NCBI GenBank assembly: GCA_965649765.1
Contig: OZ287749.1
Span: 103,664,001 to 103,728,000, forward strand
Length of the DNA stretch: 64,000 nucleotides
Reading direction: 5' to 3'
Source: Bispira polyomma
Taxonomy: Eukaryota
Part shown: positions 12,931-25,168 of the stretch, in pieces
How the letters are laid out: every line of letters starts with the position of its first letter
How positions within the stretch are numbered: position 1 is the stretch's first letter
Program-made: the position numbers and the translations under genes
Notes under the pieces: generated by a model
The model's database searches: none
What the model was told of the DNA's origin: nothing
The model's input: only the letters and a program-made list of their open reading frames with translations

Positions 12931-14642
12931 ATGGCTTCAATGTAAGTATGATGAAGTTATTTTGTTTAAATTTATTTAATAAAATTAATTATTGTAATAT
13001 TATAATTAGAAATTTAATACTTGAAACTTAATGAAAATGCGACATAACTATAATATATATATTTATATACTACACAATTATAATTTATTTACATCAATCA
13101 AATTGATAAATACTTCTTAGTTAAACTTCTTATAAAAAATCTTGAAAAAGTAAATTTGAATAAAAGGTTCTTATAGTCTCAAGATTTTATTTATTTTGTC
13201 GAGTCATGAAAAAAACTAATATGAATAAAAGACAATCAAGACTGATTATATTTAAAAACTAAACAAGATTTGTATATATTTATTTAGGAAGAGAAAAGCA
13301 GTAACAGAAGAGAAAGAGTTATTGACTAGGAAGCCGAAGAAAGCAAACAGGTAAATAACATTAGACCCATTTTGTTATTTAGTAGAAATATGTGTAAATA
13401 TAATTACTAATTTAGTAGAAATATGTATAAATATAACTACTAACAACACTATAAAATACAACATATAAATATTTTCACCATGAGTTTGATTGGAAACTCA
13501 CTAATTAAACTGTGAAAGAATTTCTGATTAAAAATAAGTAGTTAAATTTGAGTTTTAGAGCTTCTTGCTGTGGAAACTCTAGGAATATATATTATTTATT
13601 AATTTTTACATAAATTTAAAGAAAAATAACTTTGTCACTAAATTAAGTTGTTGATTCAGATGAAAAATGCACATTTGGTGTTATAACGTTAGAAAAGTAA
13701 AAAGCTGTCTTTGTTAAAATTGTAGTCTAATTTGAAAACAAATTGATGAAGTTCCGAGCGAGCAGGAAGACGCTAAAGAGGATTCGGACCTAGAGTGGGT
13801 GGAACCCTACACGCCTCTTAAAGCCCCCCAAAATCCTAAAAAGTCTAAACAACCCTCAAAACCCCGAAAACCTAAAATTATTCTCGAATCTGGTCCCTCC
13901 AATGTGGTAACTGGCTATCAAGCTTTAGCCACAATGGCTCAGTCCAGCATGCAGTGTTGTCAATAAACCTCTTCAGAAACAGATGTCTACAAGTACAACA
14001 ACATCAACAGCAACAAACAACAATGCAGCCACAAAGTGAGTATATTTAACATCTTAATTATGTGTAATTTTCTTTAATGATGAAATAAGTAATTCATAAT
14101 TTTTTTTTTTGTGTGAGTATATTCATAATCATGTAGGAAGATAAAATCTTGTAATTCGTGGAAATAAAACTATATTAATAGTGTTTAAGTTTATAATTGG
14201 GTTTTTAATTGAAAATAAACTTTGTATTTTGGTCTTATTCTAATTATAGTTACACCTAATACAGGAGAAAAGAAATAAGTATATAAAATTTTGTGTTTAT
14301 TAACAACTAATCAATTTTATTATATATTTTTTTTTTTTGTTACAGTTATGCGTTTGTGGAAATCATCAATGATCACTTCACCATGAAAAAAGACACAGGC
14401 GATGGTTAATACATGACTAAGGCTGTACCCTGAGCACTGCGAGGCTATACTCAGGAATAGATATAGCTTATGACGGTCTTAAAGCCTGTGTAGATACCAA
14501 CCATTCGTACATATCATTCAGGAGGTTTGAGAAGTTGTTCAAAGGAGAGATTTACCCACTCCCAGGAAAAGGATTTGTAGTGCAAAAAGATGAAATAGAT
14601 GTTTATGTACAAAACCTCAGAGACTTTTTAAACAAAATGTAG
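12931..14642 (+). pseudogene. Four-exon Polinton gene: NLS, low-complexity region and putative PC4-like C-terminus
   Basis: Exons 12931-12941, 13288-13350, 13726-14035, 14346-14642 with GT-AG introns of compatible phase; MASMKRKAVTEEKELLTRKPKK; YISFRRF..GEIYPLPGKGFVV; stops and frameshifts present; TATA-like TATAAAA near 12816. Confidence 0.62.
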
Positions 14643-14914
14643 ACAAAAAAAAAAAAAATGAACAATCCACAGGAGAAGTGTTTAGAGACTGTTAAATTCA
14701 CAAGATTGAGAAGAGACTGTTTTAAATATTATTATCAAAGTGTTTCTTTAGATGGACTTTCTTGAATATAAAATTTAGAATAAAAGAGACCGTTTAAATA
14801 TTACGCTAAAAGTGGTTTGTTTAAAAGCTTTTAAATATACAAGTTGAGTATCCTTGTTATACTCAGAAATATCATTTTATAATGTATTTAACAAATAAAT
14901 AAATATGAAGATAC

Positions 14915-15087
14915 CTATAAATCAGTTTCATGACTTCCGTAACTCATATTTTCCAAGAAAATTGGTGATGTCTCCCTCCTATTTCGATGTCTTTTGTGGT
15001 AGCATTTGAAGAGACACAAACTAACTCCAACACTAGTAAGGAATACCACGAAAGCCAATCCAGTTGTTAAAGCTATAACCCATTTAT
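14915..15087 (-). CDS. Terminal exon of a putative single-pass membrane protein
   Basis: Acceptor TTCTTTTGACAG, then WVIALTTGLAFVVFLTSVGVSLCLF followed by basic KCYHKRHRNRR; upstream exons not resolved. Confidence 0.45.
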
Positions 15088-15725
15088 CTGTCAAAAGAAA
15101 TATATTGACTGTTATATGTAAAATATCATTCCAAGCTCTTACCATAAAAGTTTGAATCTTAAAAAAATCTGAAACGTTTTGTTTATTCGAATATTTTAAA
15201 TATTTCTGTTTAACAGAACTCCAAAATGTTACATCAATCTTCAAATTACAAATATTACTATATATATACACACATATATATATAGCTGTGTGTTTGTGTG
15301 TGTGTGTGGTGTATGTATGTATTTGTTTTGGAGTAGAGACCAGGCAATACTTCTTCACTATTTTCACTTCTTGGTGAACTATAGAGGAATTTGACTTGTT
15401 TAAAACAAATTATAGTATAACATATATGTGAAAGTGTTTGATTTCTTTTTTTTACCAGTTTGTTGATAATGTGAACTGTGTGTTTGATGTTAGAACACAG
15501 CAAGATTATACATTTGACTGATTTTACTTCCTACATTTCAAAGGATTTGTGAATATTATCAGCTTGGGAATACATGAAATAAAGGATTACATTCAAAGAT
15601 AAACTGCAAAAGTAAGTGTATCTTTTGTTATTAAAACTATATAAAATAAACAACTTTTGTTTTGCAAAATAATTTAAAAGACCACTTGTATCTGAAAAGT
15701 CCATAATAACCAATTTACTTTCCAG

Positions 15726-15875
15726 ATGGCAGAGAATTATGCTAACCTTACTACTGTTGAAAGACAAGAACTTAGAGCTCAACCAAATGTGGATATGATA
15801 CAACAATGGGCTAAGACAAGATCCATCAACAATCACCCTGAGGTTCTTGAAAAGATCATTGAAAAATATGAAGAT
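15726..15875 (+). CDS. Isolated coding exon of unknown product (MAENYANLTT...KYED)
   Basis: Flanked by acceptor TTTCCAG and donor GTAAGT; an upstream donor GTAAGT near 15611. Confidence 0.4.
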
Positions 15876-16002
15876 GTAAGTAACTATCTTTGGTTTTATT
15901 TCAAATTTAACATTCATGTGTTTTAGTTGTATTGTTTGATTTTACTTAACTCTGTAAATTACTGATTTATTATTATCTTAAATTGTACAAAGTATTCATA
16001 TT

Positions 16003-16130
16003 AAATTTAGGAAAATGATAACTTCTTGAATCAAAACTTCTTCAAATTTTTGAAAAATCACAAATTCTTTAATCAAAACTTCTTGAAATTTAGGAAAATT
16101 ACAAGTACAGAATTAAAAATTCTTCAAATC
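16003..16130. repeat. ~41 bp tandem repeat, about 3 copies
   Basis: AAATTTAGGAAAAT..AATCAAAACTTCTT units. Confidence 0.6.
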
Positions 16131-16346
16131 ACCAACTTAAATAAATTTGAATATATACCTTAGTGTATGGAGATTCATACACAGTCTAATAAGACTTTAA
16201 AAGAAAATTTTGTTAATTACTAGGAAAATGTTAGAGAAACTATCCGTATCCAAGAAAAATGTAAAAGCTAGCATTGAAAACAAAAAAGTCTCAAAATTCT
16301 GTTAAATTAAAATTTACAGTTGGAAAAAAAAATTCCCTGGTGTAAT

Positions 16347-17732
16347 TCATTTTTGAAATAAACTTTCAAACGAATTACACCTTGGAATTTTATCTCTGAA
16401 AGAAACATGCTCATCCACTTGATCATTTTTCAGATTAGTGGGCTTTCTACTGTTCAATTTATTTGTCAGTCTGTTTGACGGTGTCTTTATGTTGTAATTA
16501 GCTTCAGTGTCTGTAGTAGTAGTAGTCTTCTTTAAACTGAAAATATAGAAAAAATAAATAATTGCTTTTTAAAATATCCAAATTTTAGATAAGTTATTTA
16601 CAATAACAAACTTCTTTTCGAGTCTATTATGTTGGAAAATGTTAACTGATAAATATGTAAACTCCTGGAGAAAGCTAAAGCTGATTATATTAAGTTAACA
16701 CTTATACCTTTTCCAAATTGACCAAATATAGGAAAGTGAAGTATCAGTTAAACTTTAAAGTTTGTTAAAATTTAACATTCCCTGTCAATAAGTTATATTT
16801 AGAATCAGTAATTTATTCATACTTTTAAACCACTGACCACTCTTCACGGTTAAAAGCATCTCTTGAAGTTGTAGTTTCAAAGGACTGTAGTACTTCAGGC
16901 TTCAATATTTTTGTCTGGTTCCTGGATGTTGGTTTAGTTGTAGGTCTTGACTTTTTGTACAGAGCTGGTGTTCTTAACTCGGGTACGATAGATACTTTGG
17001 AAGGTTCGTTGGAATCAAACAAAACAGATCTCCTTGCACGCATTCGAGCTTGGATTCTACCAATCCTGAAATATGAAATAATAAAACAAATATTTACTTA
17101 GAATTGTTTATGCAAATACTATCAATCGGAATATAAAATAACGAAAAAGTAACTACTTATGGTTATTGTGTGAAATATTACCTCTCTTCATCTCTTCCTG
17201 TAGTGTAATGCCCCTTCCAACACAGAAGATTATGCGTTTTTACATACTTCAGGGTTCTTCGAGCTCCTTCAATCATCAAACCTATGTATGTTAGAATAGC
17301 TATACCGATAATAATCCAATTTGGTATGTTTATTTTGTTAGAAATATCAATATCTGAATTATCCAAACTGTCGTCTTTGTTTTCCACAGAGTCGTTATCT
17401 GCATTTGTGTTGTGTTTACTGTCAGCCGAATTGTCTTGACAACCACCAATCATTTCTATACGAGTATAGTCAGGACAGTTTAATGTAACACTATCCACAA
17501 ATCTCACACTTTGTAAGTTCGGAAAAGCAAATGAAACTTTTTTTACATCCACAATAGAATCTGTAAACACGGCAGTTAAATATCTGACTGAGATAGAGAA
17601 AACTGTTCCCGAGTCTATTTTTTCACATTTTATACTCGCTAAATGACATCCACAACCCGTGGGACAATTCAATACCTATATTACAACACAGCATAAAATG
17701 AACAAAACATAAATATTCCTTTGGAAAACCAT
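16347..17732 (-). pseudogene. Three-exon type I membrane protein gene of the Polinton
   Basis: Exons 17732-17182, 17065-16823, 16536-16347 joined in frame by phase-2 GT-AG introns; signal peptide, CPTGCGC cap, TM WIIIGIAILTYIGLMI, Ser/Thr-rich tail; two in-frame stops. Confidence 0.7.
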
Positions 17733-17939
17733 CGTTAAATTAGATAAAATCAGTATATTGTTTTTATTTCTCCTCTAAACTTTTCTGCATAAACAGACCA
17801 AATTTCCCTCCAAAACATTTCGCTCTAAAAGTTTTCTGCGTTTACTTTAGCCGTTTAATAAGACAGTCTTGCGAAAAGTTACCTGATTATTGAAATTGTT
17901 TGTCTGATTTTTGTTGTATTTTTTTTTTCGTTGTTCCAG

Positions 17940-20900
17940 TTGTTAAGACAAGAGAACTGAGTCAATTCCTGGAAAAGAAAAGGCTATTGTTACTCGCAAC
18001 ACACTAGTTGAGGATCTGAAAGAAACTGTCAAAACAAGAGTGGACCTGCAAAAAGTGTGGTATAAAGTTTCAACAACTACAAAAATGGATAAAACATAAA
18101 AAGAGTTGTGAAGGATTATTGTGTACTCCTAAACTGAAAATTCAGTGTGTTAATTGTGAAAAATTCTTTTCTCAAAAGTCGAATCTAAAGAGACATCAGC
18201 TAAAATGTGACCTTACAGATGATAAAGAGCCTTCCTTTAAATGTGTGAAATATAAGAAGGTGTATACATTGAAATGTAATTATTTGAAGTATCTAAAGAG
18301 TTGCAAGTTATTAAATTCTGTCCCTACAAAAACCGTTTGTTGTGGTATTTGCAAGGAGAAATTTTTCAGTCGGGGGGATTTATACTCACATAGATTAAAT
18401 CAACACGGTGGTGGAGAGCAAAATATTGATGAAAGTGGTAATTCAGACAGATTTCAGCTAAATTCTCCACCGTGGTTGAATGAAGCTGGTGAAAATATAA
18501 ATCCAGAGTTAGAAAAAATTTATAAAACAAATGAATCACACATATTTGCTCCTCACCAAACAGATAGTGTTGTGAAAAAATATAATTTTCCCACTGAAAA
18601 TTTGAAAGGAGGGGTTGAAGAAATTATGAAACATATAGAAAAAATCAAAACTCAGCGTTCAAAATTAATATTAATTTAGGTTTTATTCTGAAGAACAAGA
18701 AATCAGGTAAATACAGATATTACATTCCTTATGCTAATTCTTATCTATTTCCGAAACCTTACATCATTTCCAGACATACAAATTTGAGAGTTTTGAAAAA
18801 CAAACTCAAGAAATTAAACCCCAGTGAATATATTTTGAATAACAGACCCAACAGTCGGTATATTCCAGAATATATAACCAATATAAATTTTGATGTGAGC
18901 CTAATGGATTACGTATTAGGTAATCCTTCAGACTTCCCAGAATTTGTGAAAAACTGTAGAAGCGTTTTTACATTTTTAAAGGTTCCAAAAACAGGAAAAA
19001 CATACACTGACAATATGTGTATTTTTCGTTGTCTTGCATTTCATGAGATAAAAAATAGAAAGAGTTTAGACACTTTAACTAGAAGGAAGGTTTTTGAATG
19101 GCTTGATTATAAATCTTACAAAGAACCAAAACGTTTTAAAGGGGTAACATTAGAAGATATTCCTGATTTAGAAAACTGTTTTCAAATCAATATTTCTGTT
19201 TTCCAGCTTTTAGAAAATTCATGTGTAATCACACATTATAATTCTAGAGGAACTTTTGACAAATCCATAGATTTAGATATGCAAAATCATCATCTATCAT
19301 ATCTAAATAATTTGAGCTTGTATGCCAAAAAGTATCAATGTAATAAATGTGAAATACATTTTAAGCACAGGACGTATCTATCCAAACATTTCAGAGTGTG
19401 TTCAAAGGTAACAAAATTCAAATTCCCTGGTGGTTTTCACACACCCAAGCATAATGTTTTTCAAGAACTTGAAAATTATAATATTTTTGTCGCAGCAGAA
19501 GACAGATTTTGTCCCTATTTTATCACTTTTGACTTTGAATCAATTCTTCAAAAAGAAAAGTTAAGTCAGAACTCAGAAGTAACAAAATTAATGTGGAGAG
19601 AAAAACACATTCCAATATCAGTCGGTGTATGGTCAAATGTTGAAAATTTTGAGGAAGGAAAATGTTTTGTAGATTTTAATATGGATAAATTATTAGCAAA
19701 AATGGTTGAATATATCGAACAGATTTCAAACAAAGTTAAGACTTGACAAATGTTCAAATATCATTCATGCTTTCAAGAACTAGATAGACTTTTAAATGAG
19801 TTACAATCACTTGAAACTCAAAAAGACATTGAACAAAATAGTGAAAATTTTGGAAGTGAAGAAGATGAAGTTCCTTCTGTTTCTTTTCAAAAAAGATTCA
19901 AGAAACAAAACTGTTTTGACAAAGCTATTGATAATTTAAGAAAAACTACTAATCTTCAAGTAGAATACAATAATTATAGTGACGTCAGCGAATTTGAAGA
20001 CGATATTTCTGAGAATGAGGAAGAAGAGAATTTTCTTGAAAATATCTTTCATGAAGAACCTCAAGCTTGTGAAGAAAACATAGCACAAATTGTGCCCTAG
20101 AACTCATTTCTTAAAAACTGTGAGAAAAAAAATCCAAACTTTGAAAGAGAGACTAGAGTCTTACTACGAATGCACACCAATCTTAGGCTTTAATTCTTTA
20201 AATTATGATCTTAATTTAGTCAAATCTAAACTGTGTAAACATTTGAAACTTGATGATACACAGAACAATTCTTTTACAGTGAAAAGAAATAATGCTTATT
20301 TAGCTATAACAACCAATACTTTGAAATTTTTAGATATCAGTCATTATATAGCCCCTGGATTTTGTTACTCTCAATTTTTAAAAAGTTATAATGTAACAGA
20401 GCAAAAAGGATACTTTGGTTATCAATATCTCTCAAAATCCGAAGTTCTTGAAGAAACAAATTTACCTCCTTATGAGGCCTTTTACAGTGATTTGAAATCT
20501 TGTAATGTTTTAGAACATGAGTTATTAGATTAGTATAAAACAAACAACATACAGTTAGTACAGCAAGATTTAGAATTAAACTCGTATGATAATCCCTCTA
20601 AATACTTGAATTCACCTATTTCTTATTTAAATTTGTCAACTGAAAAATGTTTAAAACTTTGTTGTTTGTGTGAAAAGATCCAATGTGTGTGTAATAGTAA
20701 GCCTCTTACTGGTTTTGATAATTATTTAGATTTATTAAAAACTTGGAAAGTGAATGATATGAAATCAGTTCAAGATTTGTTAGTCTGGTATAATTTGAAA
20801 GATATCAATCCGTTTACAGAAGCAGTTGAAAATTTACAAAAGCATTACAAAGAAAATAATATTGATCTTTTTAAAGATACAATTTTGGTGCCTGGAGTAG

Positions 20901-23040
20901 CTAGACAAATGCTATTTAAATCAAAAGATGCTAATTTTCAGTTATTTGATCGTCAAAATGCAGACCTTTACAGAAAAATAAAACAATCCATTTGTGGAGG
21001 TCCTTCTATAGTATTTACAAGAGCGATAAAAGAAGGACAGAAATTAAGATGGGTTTCAGAGTTGCTGGTGTATTTGGTAATGAAATATTTGAATTTTTAG
21101 GAGATTATTTTCATGCTTGTCCTAAATGCACTAACAAATTAAAGTTTAACAAACCAAAATCTTGGTTAATTAAACAAGAACAAAGATACCAGAGAACTAT
21201 TCTAAGAAAAGAATATTTAGAAAGTTTAGGATATACTGTAAATGAAATTTGGGAGTGTGAATATAAAGAAAAGTTTAAAAATTGTGTTTAACACATTCAA
21301 GAAAGATATTTACCCAAATATTACAGTTCTCATAAAAATGGTTTGTCATTAACAAAAGTATTAAAAGACATTAAAAACGGTGAATTATTTGGTTGTGCCG
21401 AAGTTGATATTGAGACTCCTTCTAAATGGACTGAAGATTTTGTTCAGTCGATCTCACCTCAGGAATATTACTCTGAATTTAGCCCTATATTTTGCACCAC
21501 TGACGTACCTATGAGTGTTATCGGTGAACATTTGACAAATCACATTCAAAATCATGATTTATCTATGGAGAGTAGGCAATTATTAGTAGGCGGGCTGAAA
21601 GCAAATAAGATTATGCTTGCTACACCTTTACTACAACGGTATTTAAAACACGGAATTTTAATAACTAGAATTTATGAAATCGTGGAATTTTCACCCATTC
21701 CTTGTTTCGCTCAATTTGTTTCTGACGTCACAGAAAGTCGCAGGGTCGGAGACAAATCTCCTCATTTAGCTTTAATAGGACAAACTGCAAAACTTTTGAA
21801 TAATTCCGCGTATGGATCATGTATTATGAATAAGGAAAACTTTATGAACATTAAATATGTGAAAGGTGACTCTCCAGCAAAAATTGAAATAAATAAACCA
21901 GAATTTCGAAAAGCTACTTTGTTAGATGAAAGATACTACGAGATAGAAACAGCCAAACGCAGAATTTGTTTAGATGTACCAATTCAAATAGGGTTCTTTA
22001 TTTTAAATTATGCAAAATTAAGTATGTTAGAATTTTACTATGATAATTTGTGTCAATACATTCCTAGAAATAGATTTGAGTGTATACAAATGGACACTGA
22101 TAGTTTGTATTTTGCAATAGCTGGAAAGTCTCTTGAAGACGTAGTTTACAAGCATAAAAAACATGAATTTCAAAGAAAAATCAAAAATAATTGTGGTGAT
22201 TTTGAATTAAAAGCTGATAAAGATCACTATTTCCCCCGAGATTGTTGTACTAAGCATAAACAATACGATTTAAGAACACCAGGTCTTTTCAAAAAAGAAA
22301 GTTCTGGAAAAGAAGTGCTTGCTTTATGTTCTAAAACATATGTACTAGCTGAAGAAATTGGATTCAAACTCTCCTGTAAAGGTGTTAATAAAAAATCAGT
22401 TAAAGATCCTGTCAAAATATTTCAAGACGTTTTGAAAACACAAAATGTCCAAACAGCTTTAAATAAAGGTTTTAGAGCAAAAGACAATTCGATGTTTACA
22501 TATTCTCAAGAAAGAATAGGTTTTAATTACTTTTACTATAAACACAGAGTTTGTGATGACGGAATACACACAGAACCTTTAGATTTGGTTTTGTCACTTT
22601 GGCCAAATTATGAAAGGCATGTGTTTTTCAGAGATTTTACTAATCCTTTATGTATTTCTCACAAATTTCCTTGTAGATATAATGAGAGAACGTTTGAATC
22701 AATAGAACATTTTATGTATTTTGCTTTTGCTCGTTTTTACAAAGAAAAATCTATTGCACTTTTAATTCAAAAATCATTCCAGAAAACCAAAATTCTACAA
22801 TTACTGAAGGATATAAAGATAAGTTTTATTTGGTTTGATAAACTGAGAGAGCTTTTACAATTGAGTCTAAAGGAAAAATATGAACATTGCAATTTGTTTA
22901 GACAAGCACTTGATAATATTTTGTTTCAAGAAATTATCTTTGCTGACAAGGATAAGTATTTAGGTTGTGGAATGGAATGTAGAATAGCTGAACTAACTGA
23001 TAGTGCAAAATACCCTGGTCAAAATCTACTGGACTGTTGA
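17940..23040 (+). pseudogene. polB: Protein-primed family B DNA polymerase with N-terminal zinc fingers, internal VSR-like nuclease and C-terminal NADAR-like domain
   Basis: TFDFES, GFNSLNYD, YNLKD exonuclease motifs; GGPSIVF; KLLNNSAYG; MDTDS; FEFLGDYFHAC..IWECE insert; split over several ORFs; motif A apparently deleted near 21050. Confidence 0.93.
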
Positions 23041-23456
23041 TAGAGTTAAAAAACACAAAAAAAAACATACACAATGTTTAGATATTTGTTTATTTATTTA
23101 CTTATATGTACATACAGTGTTTTCAATTATTTATTTATACAGTAGACTATTTATTTTGTACATATGTCTATAATGTTTATAACTATTTTGTATATAGCTT
23201 TACAGTATTATGTACATACTAGGAATATAATAAAATATATGAATCTAAACTCTGTGTTTATAAAAGAGATAACCCAATTGATCTTTGTAGAGTGGAGTTT
23301 ACCCTAAGGGGATTACACACCTATTAAAGATTTACCTTTAAAGATTTCACCTTTCACTACTAAACTGTCATGTTTAATCAGCTATTACTTCTATAAACCT
23401 CTATAAAGGGGTTAGGTTATTTAACTGATTGTAAAGAACACACTTTCATATGAACC

Positions 23457-23900
23457 TTAACCTGTGTGTTTATAAAAGAGATAAACCAACTGATCATTGT
23501 ACAACAAATCTTTTGAAAACATATTTAGAATGTTTGACATGGAAAAACCTCTAACTCTAAAATAACAAAAAAACAAGCAATATTGACCACACAAATTTGA
23601 AACATAGCTTTGACATCTCTTGACATTGAATTTGTACTTATGGCTTTGTAAGCTCATATACAACTTTAAATAGAGGTCTGGAAATTTACCAATAGGATCA
23701 AAATATTCAGTGACTTCATCATTGAGATTGTAAACCACAACCCAATGACTTCCTGCTTTCTCACTTGTGTCTAGATTGACTATGTAAAATCTAGGTTTTT
23801 TTGATTGTAAAGGTAATAAATCCTTTGGTAAGACTCCTCCATAACTTTCTGAAATGTAGGGGTCCTTTAACATATAGTGTTTTAATTGAAATGTGTTCAT
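23457..23900 (-). CDS. Adenain-like cysteine protease (capsid maturation)
   Basis: GSHWV, EYFD, Q..SNLCGQYC with His/Asp/Gln/Cys retained; intact 147 aa ORF. Confidence 0.92.
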   Translation of the reverse strand: MNTFQLKHYMLKDPYISESYGGVLPKDLLPLQSKKPRFYIVNLDTSEKAGSHWVVVYNLNDEVTEYFDPIGKFPDLYLKLYMSLQSHKYKFNVKRCQSYVSNLCGQYCLFFCYFRVRGFSMSNILNMFSKDLLYNDQLVYLFYKHTG

Positions 23901-24630
23901 TATTGAATTTTGATATTTCTAGCTTTATCAACCAATATCATTTCTGGAAAAATTGAATAAGCAATCACCATTAAAGATCTACTAGTAGCAGAACCGAACT
24001 TGAGCTGTAACCTTGTGTGTCCTTTTTTAAGTTTTCCCATTAACTCATTGTCTGTTTCTCCTTGAATGTCAAAAACGAAAAGACCATATCCGTTTGAATA
24101 ATCAGCTCTACTAATAAAATTTCCAGCATGGTGTGGGTATTTATTTGAGAATAAAGTAAGGTATGACGAGACATAAAATGTTAGATTTCCAAATAGGGTA
24201 AAGAGCTGGAGCATATGTTAAAGCTTCATTATGAGCTAAGATTATAGAATCAGTGACTTTCACATGACAAGCTTTAAAAACAGCTTCTGTTATTGTTACT
24301 TTGTAAGCTTCTGAATCTCTTGTCATCATTGAAAATTTATCAGAAGAAGGGAATAATTTAATTATTATTTTAACCCCATTTAAAATTGGTCTTTCTTGCT
24401 GAGATATATCCATATGAATAGGTCCTTCTAAAGTTACTTCTTTACCAGAAGCTGTAAAAGATGTTCTGGCTGTTAAACCAGGGTTATTTCCAGGTGGGGT
24501 TGCGTCCATAACGCCTGAATCCTTGTAATATAATTCACTTTGAAGTTGAGATTCTTTTACCTCCATTCCGTATTTTAAAAGCACATCAAAAATTGATTTA
24601 TAAGGGTAGTTTACACCTACATCCGGAGAA
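23900..24630 (-). pseudogene. Major capsid protein (double jelly-roll/hexon-like), internally deleted
   Basis: NYPYK..LLKYG..ESQLQSELYYKD, GPIHMD..Q..ILNGV, AHNEAL..PALYP, GYGLFVFD..GHTRLQLKF; N-terminus and part of the middle missing. Confidence 0.85.
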
Positions 24631-24767
24631 ACAACTTGTGGGCGTTATCATTTTAATTTCACCGCTTCCTGCTTGAGGTTTAAACACATATATTCTTCGT
24701 TGATATGGAATATTTCCATTAGCCATGTCTGTAAAATGTTTTGTCCAATAATTATTATCAGTCATTT

Positions 24768-25168
24768 CTATGGAATTTTTTTTCTTAAACCTAATGTACA
24801 AGTAGTTGTCTTAATTGGGTCTGTTGGAAATTTCCCTGTAACAGTGTCTTTTATATATATTCTAACACGGTCTACAGTTATTACAGTAATAGGTTTTAAA
24901 TAGAATTTATTAAATTCCAGGTTTTTTATGTAAAAACACGTCTCAATACTGGGGCCATAGAATCTGTAATATAGCTATATTCTACTATATCACAATATAT
25001 ATAAACTTCGTTTTGTAGAGTGTTATCCCAAGATATATCTAACAAACTACATTCCCAAGTTTTGTTGAATTCAAATGCTTTTGGTAAATCAACAATAAAA
25101 TCATACCAGAGATTTTTAGGGTATTCTTTGGGAGAATCCAATGAAGATAAAAATAGATATTGCATCAT
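24768..25168 (-). pseudogene. Minor capsid (penton-like) protein, short or disrupted
   Basis: FLSSLDS..YPKN..DFIVDLP..WECSLLDI, YIYCDIV..PVLRR, then KPIT..RIYIKD after a frameshift; ATGA overlap with the integrase stop. Confidence 0.7.
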
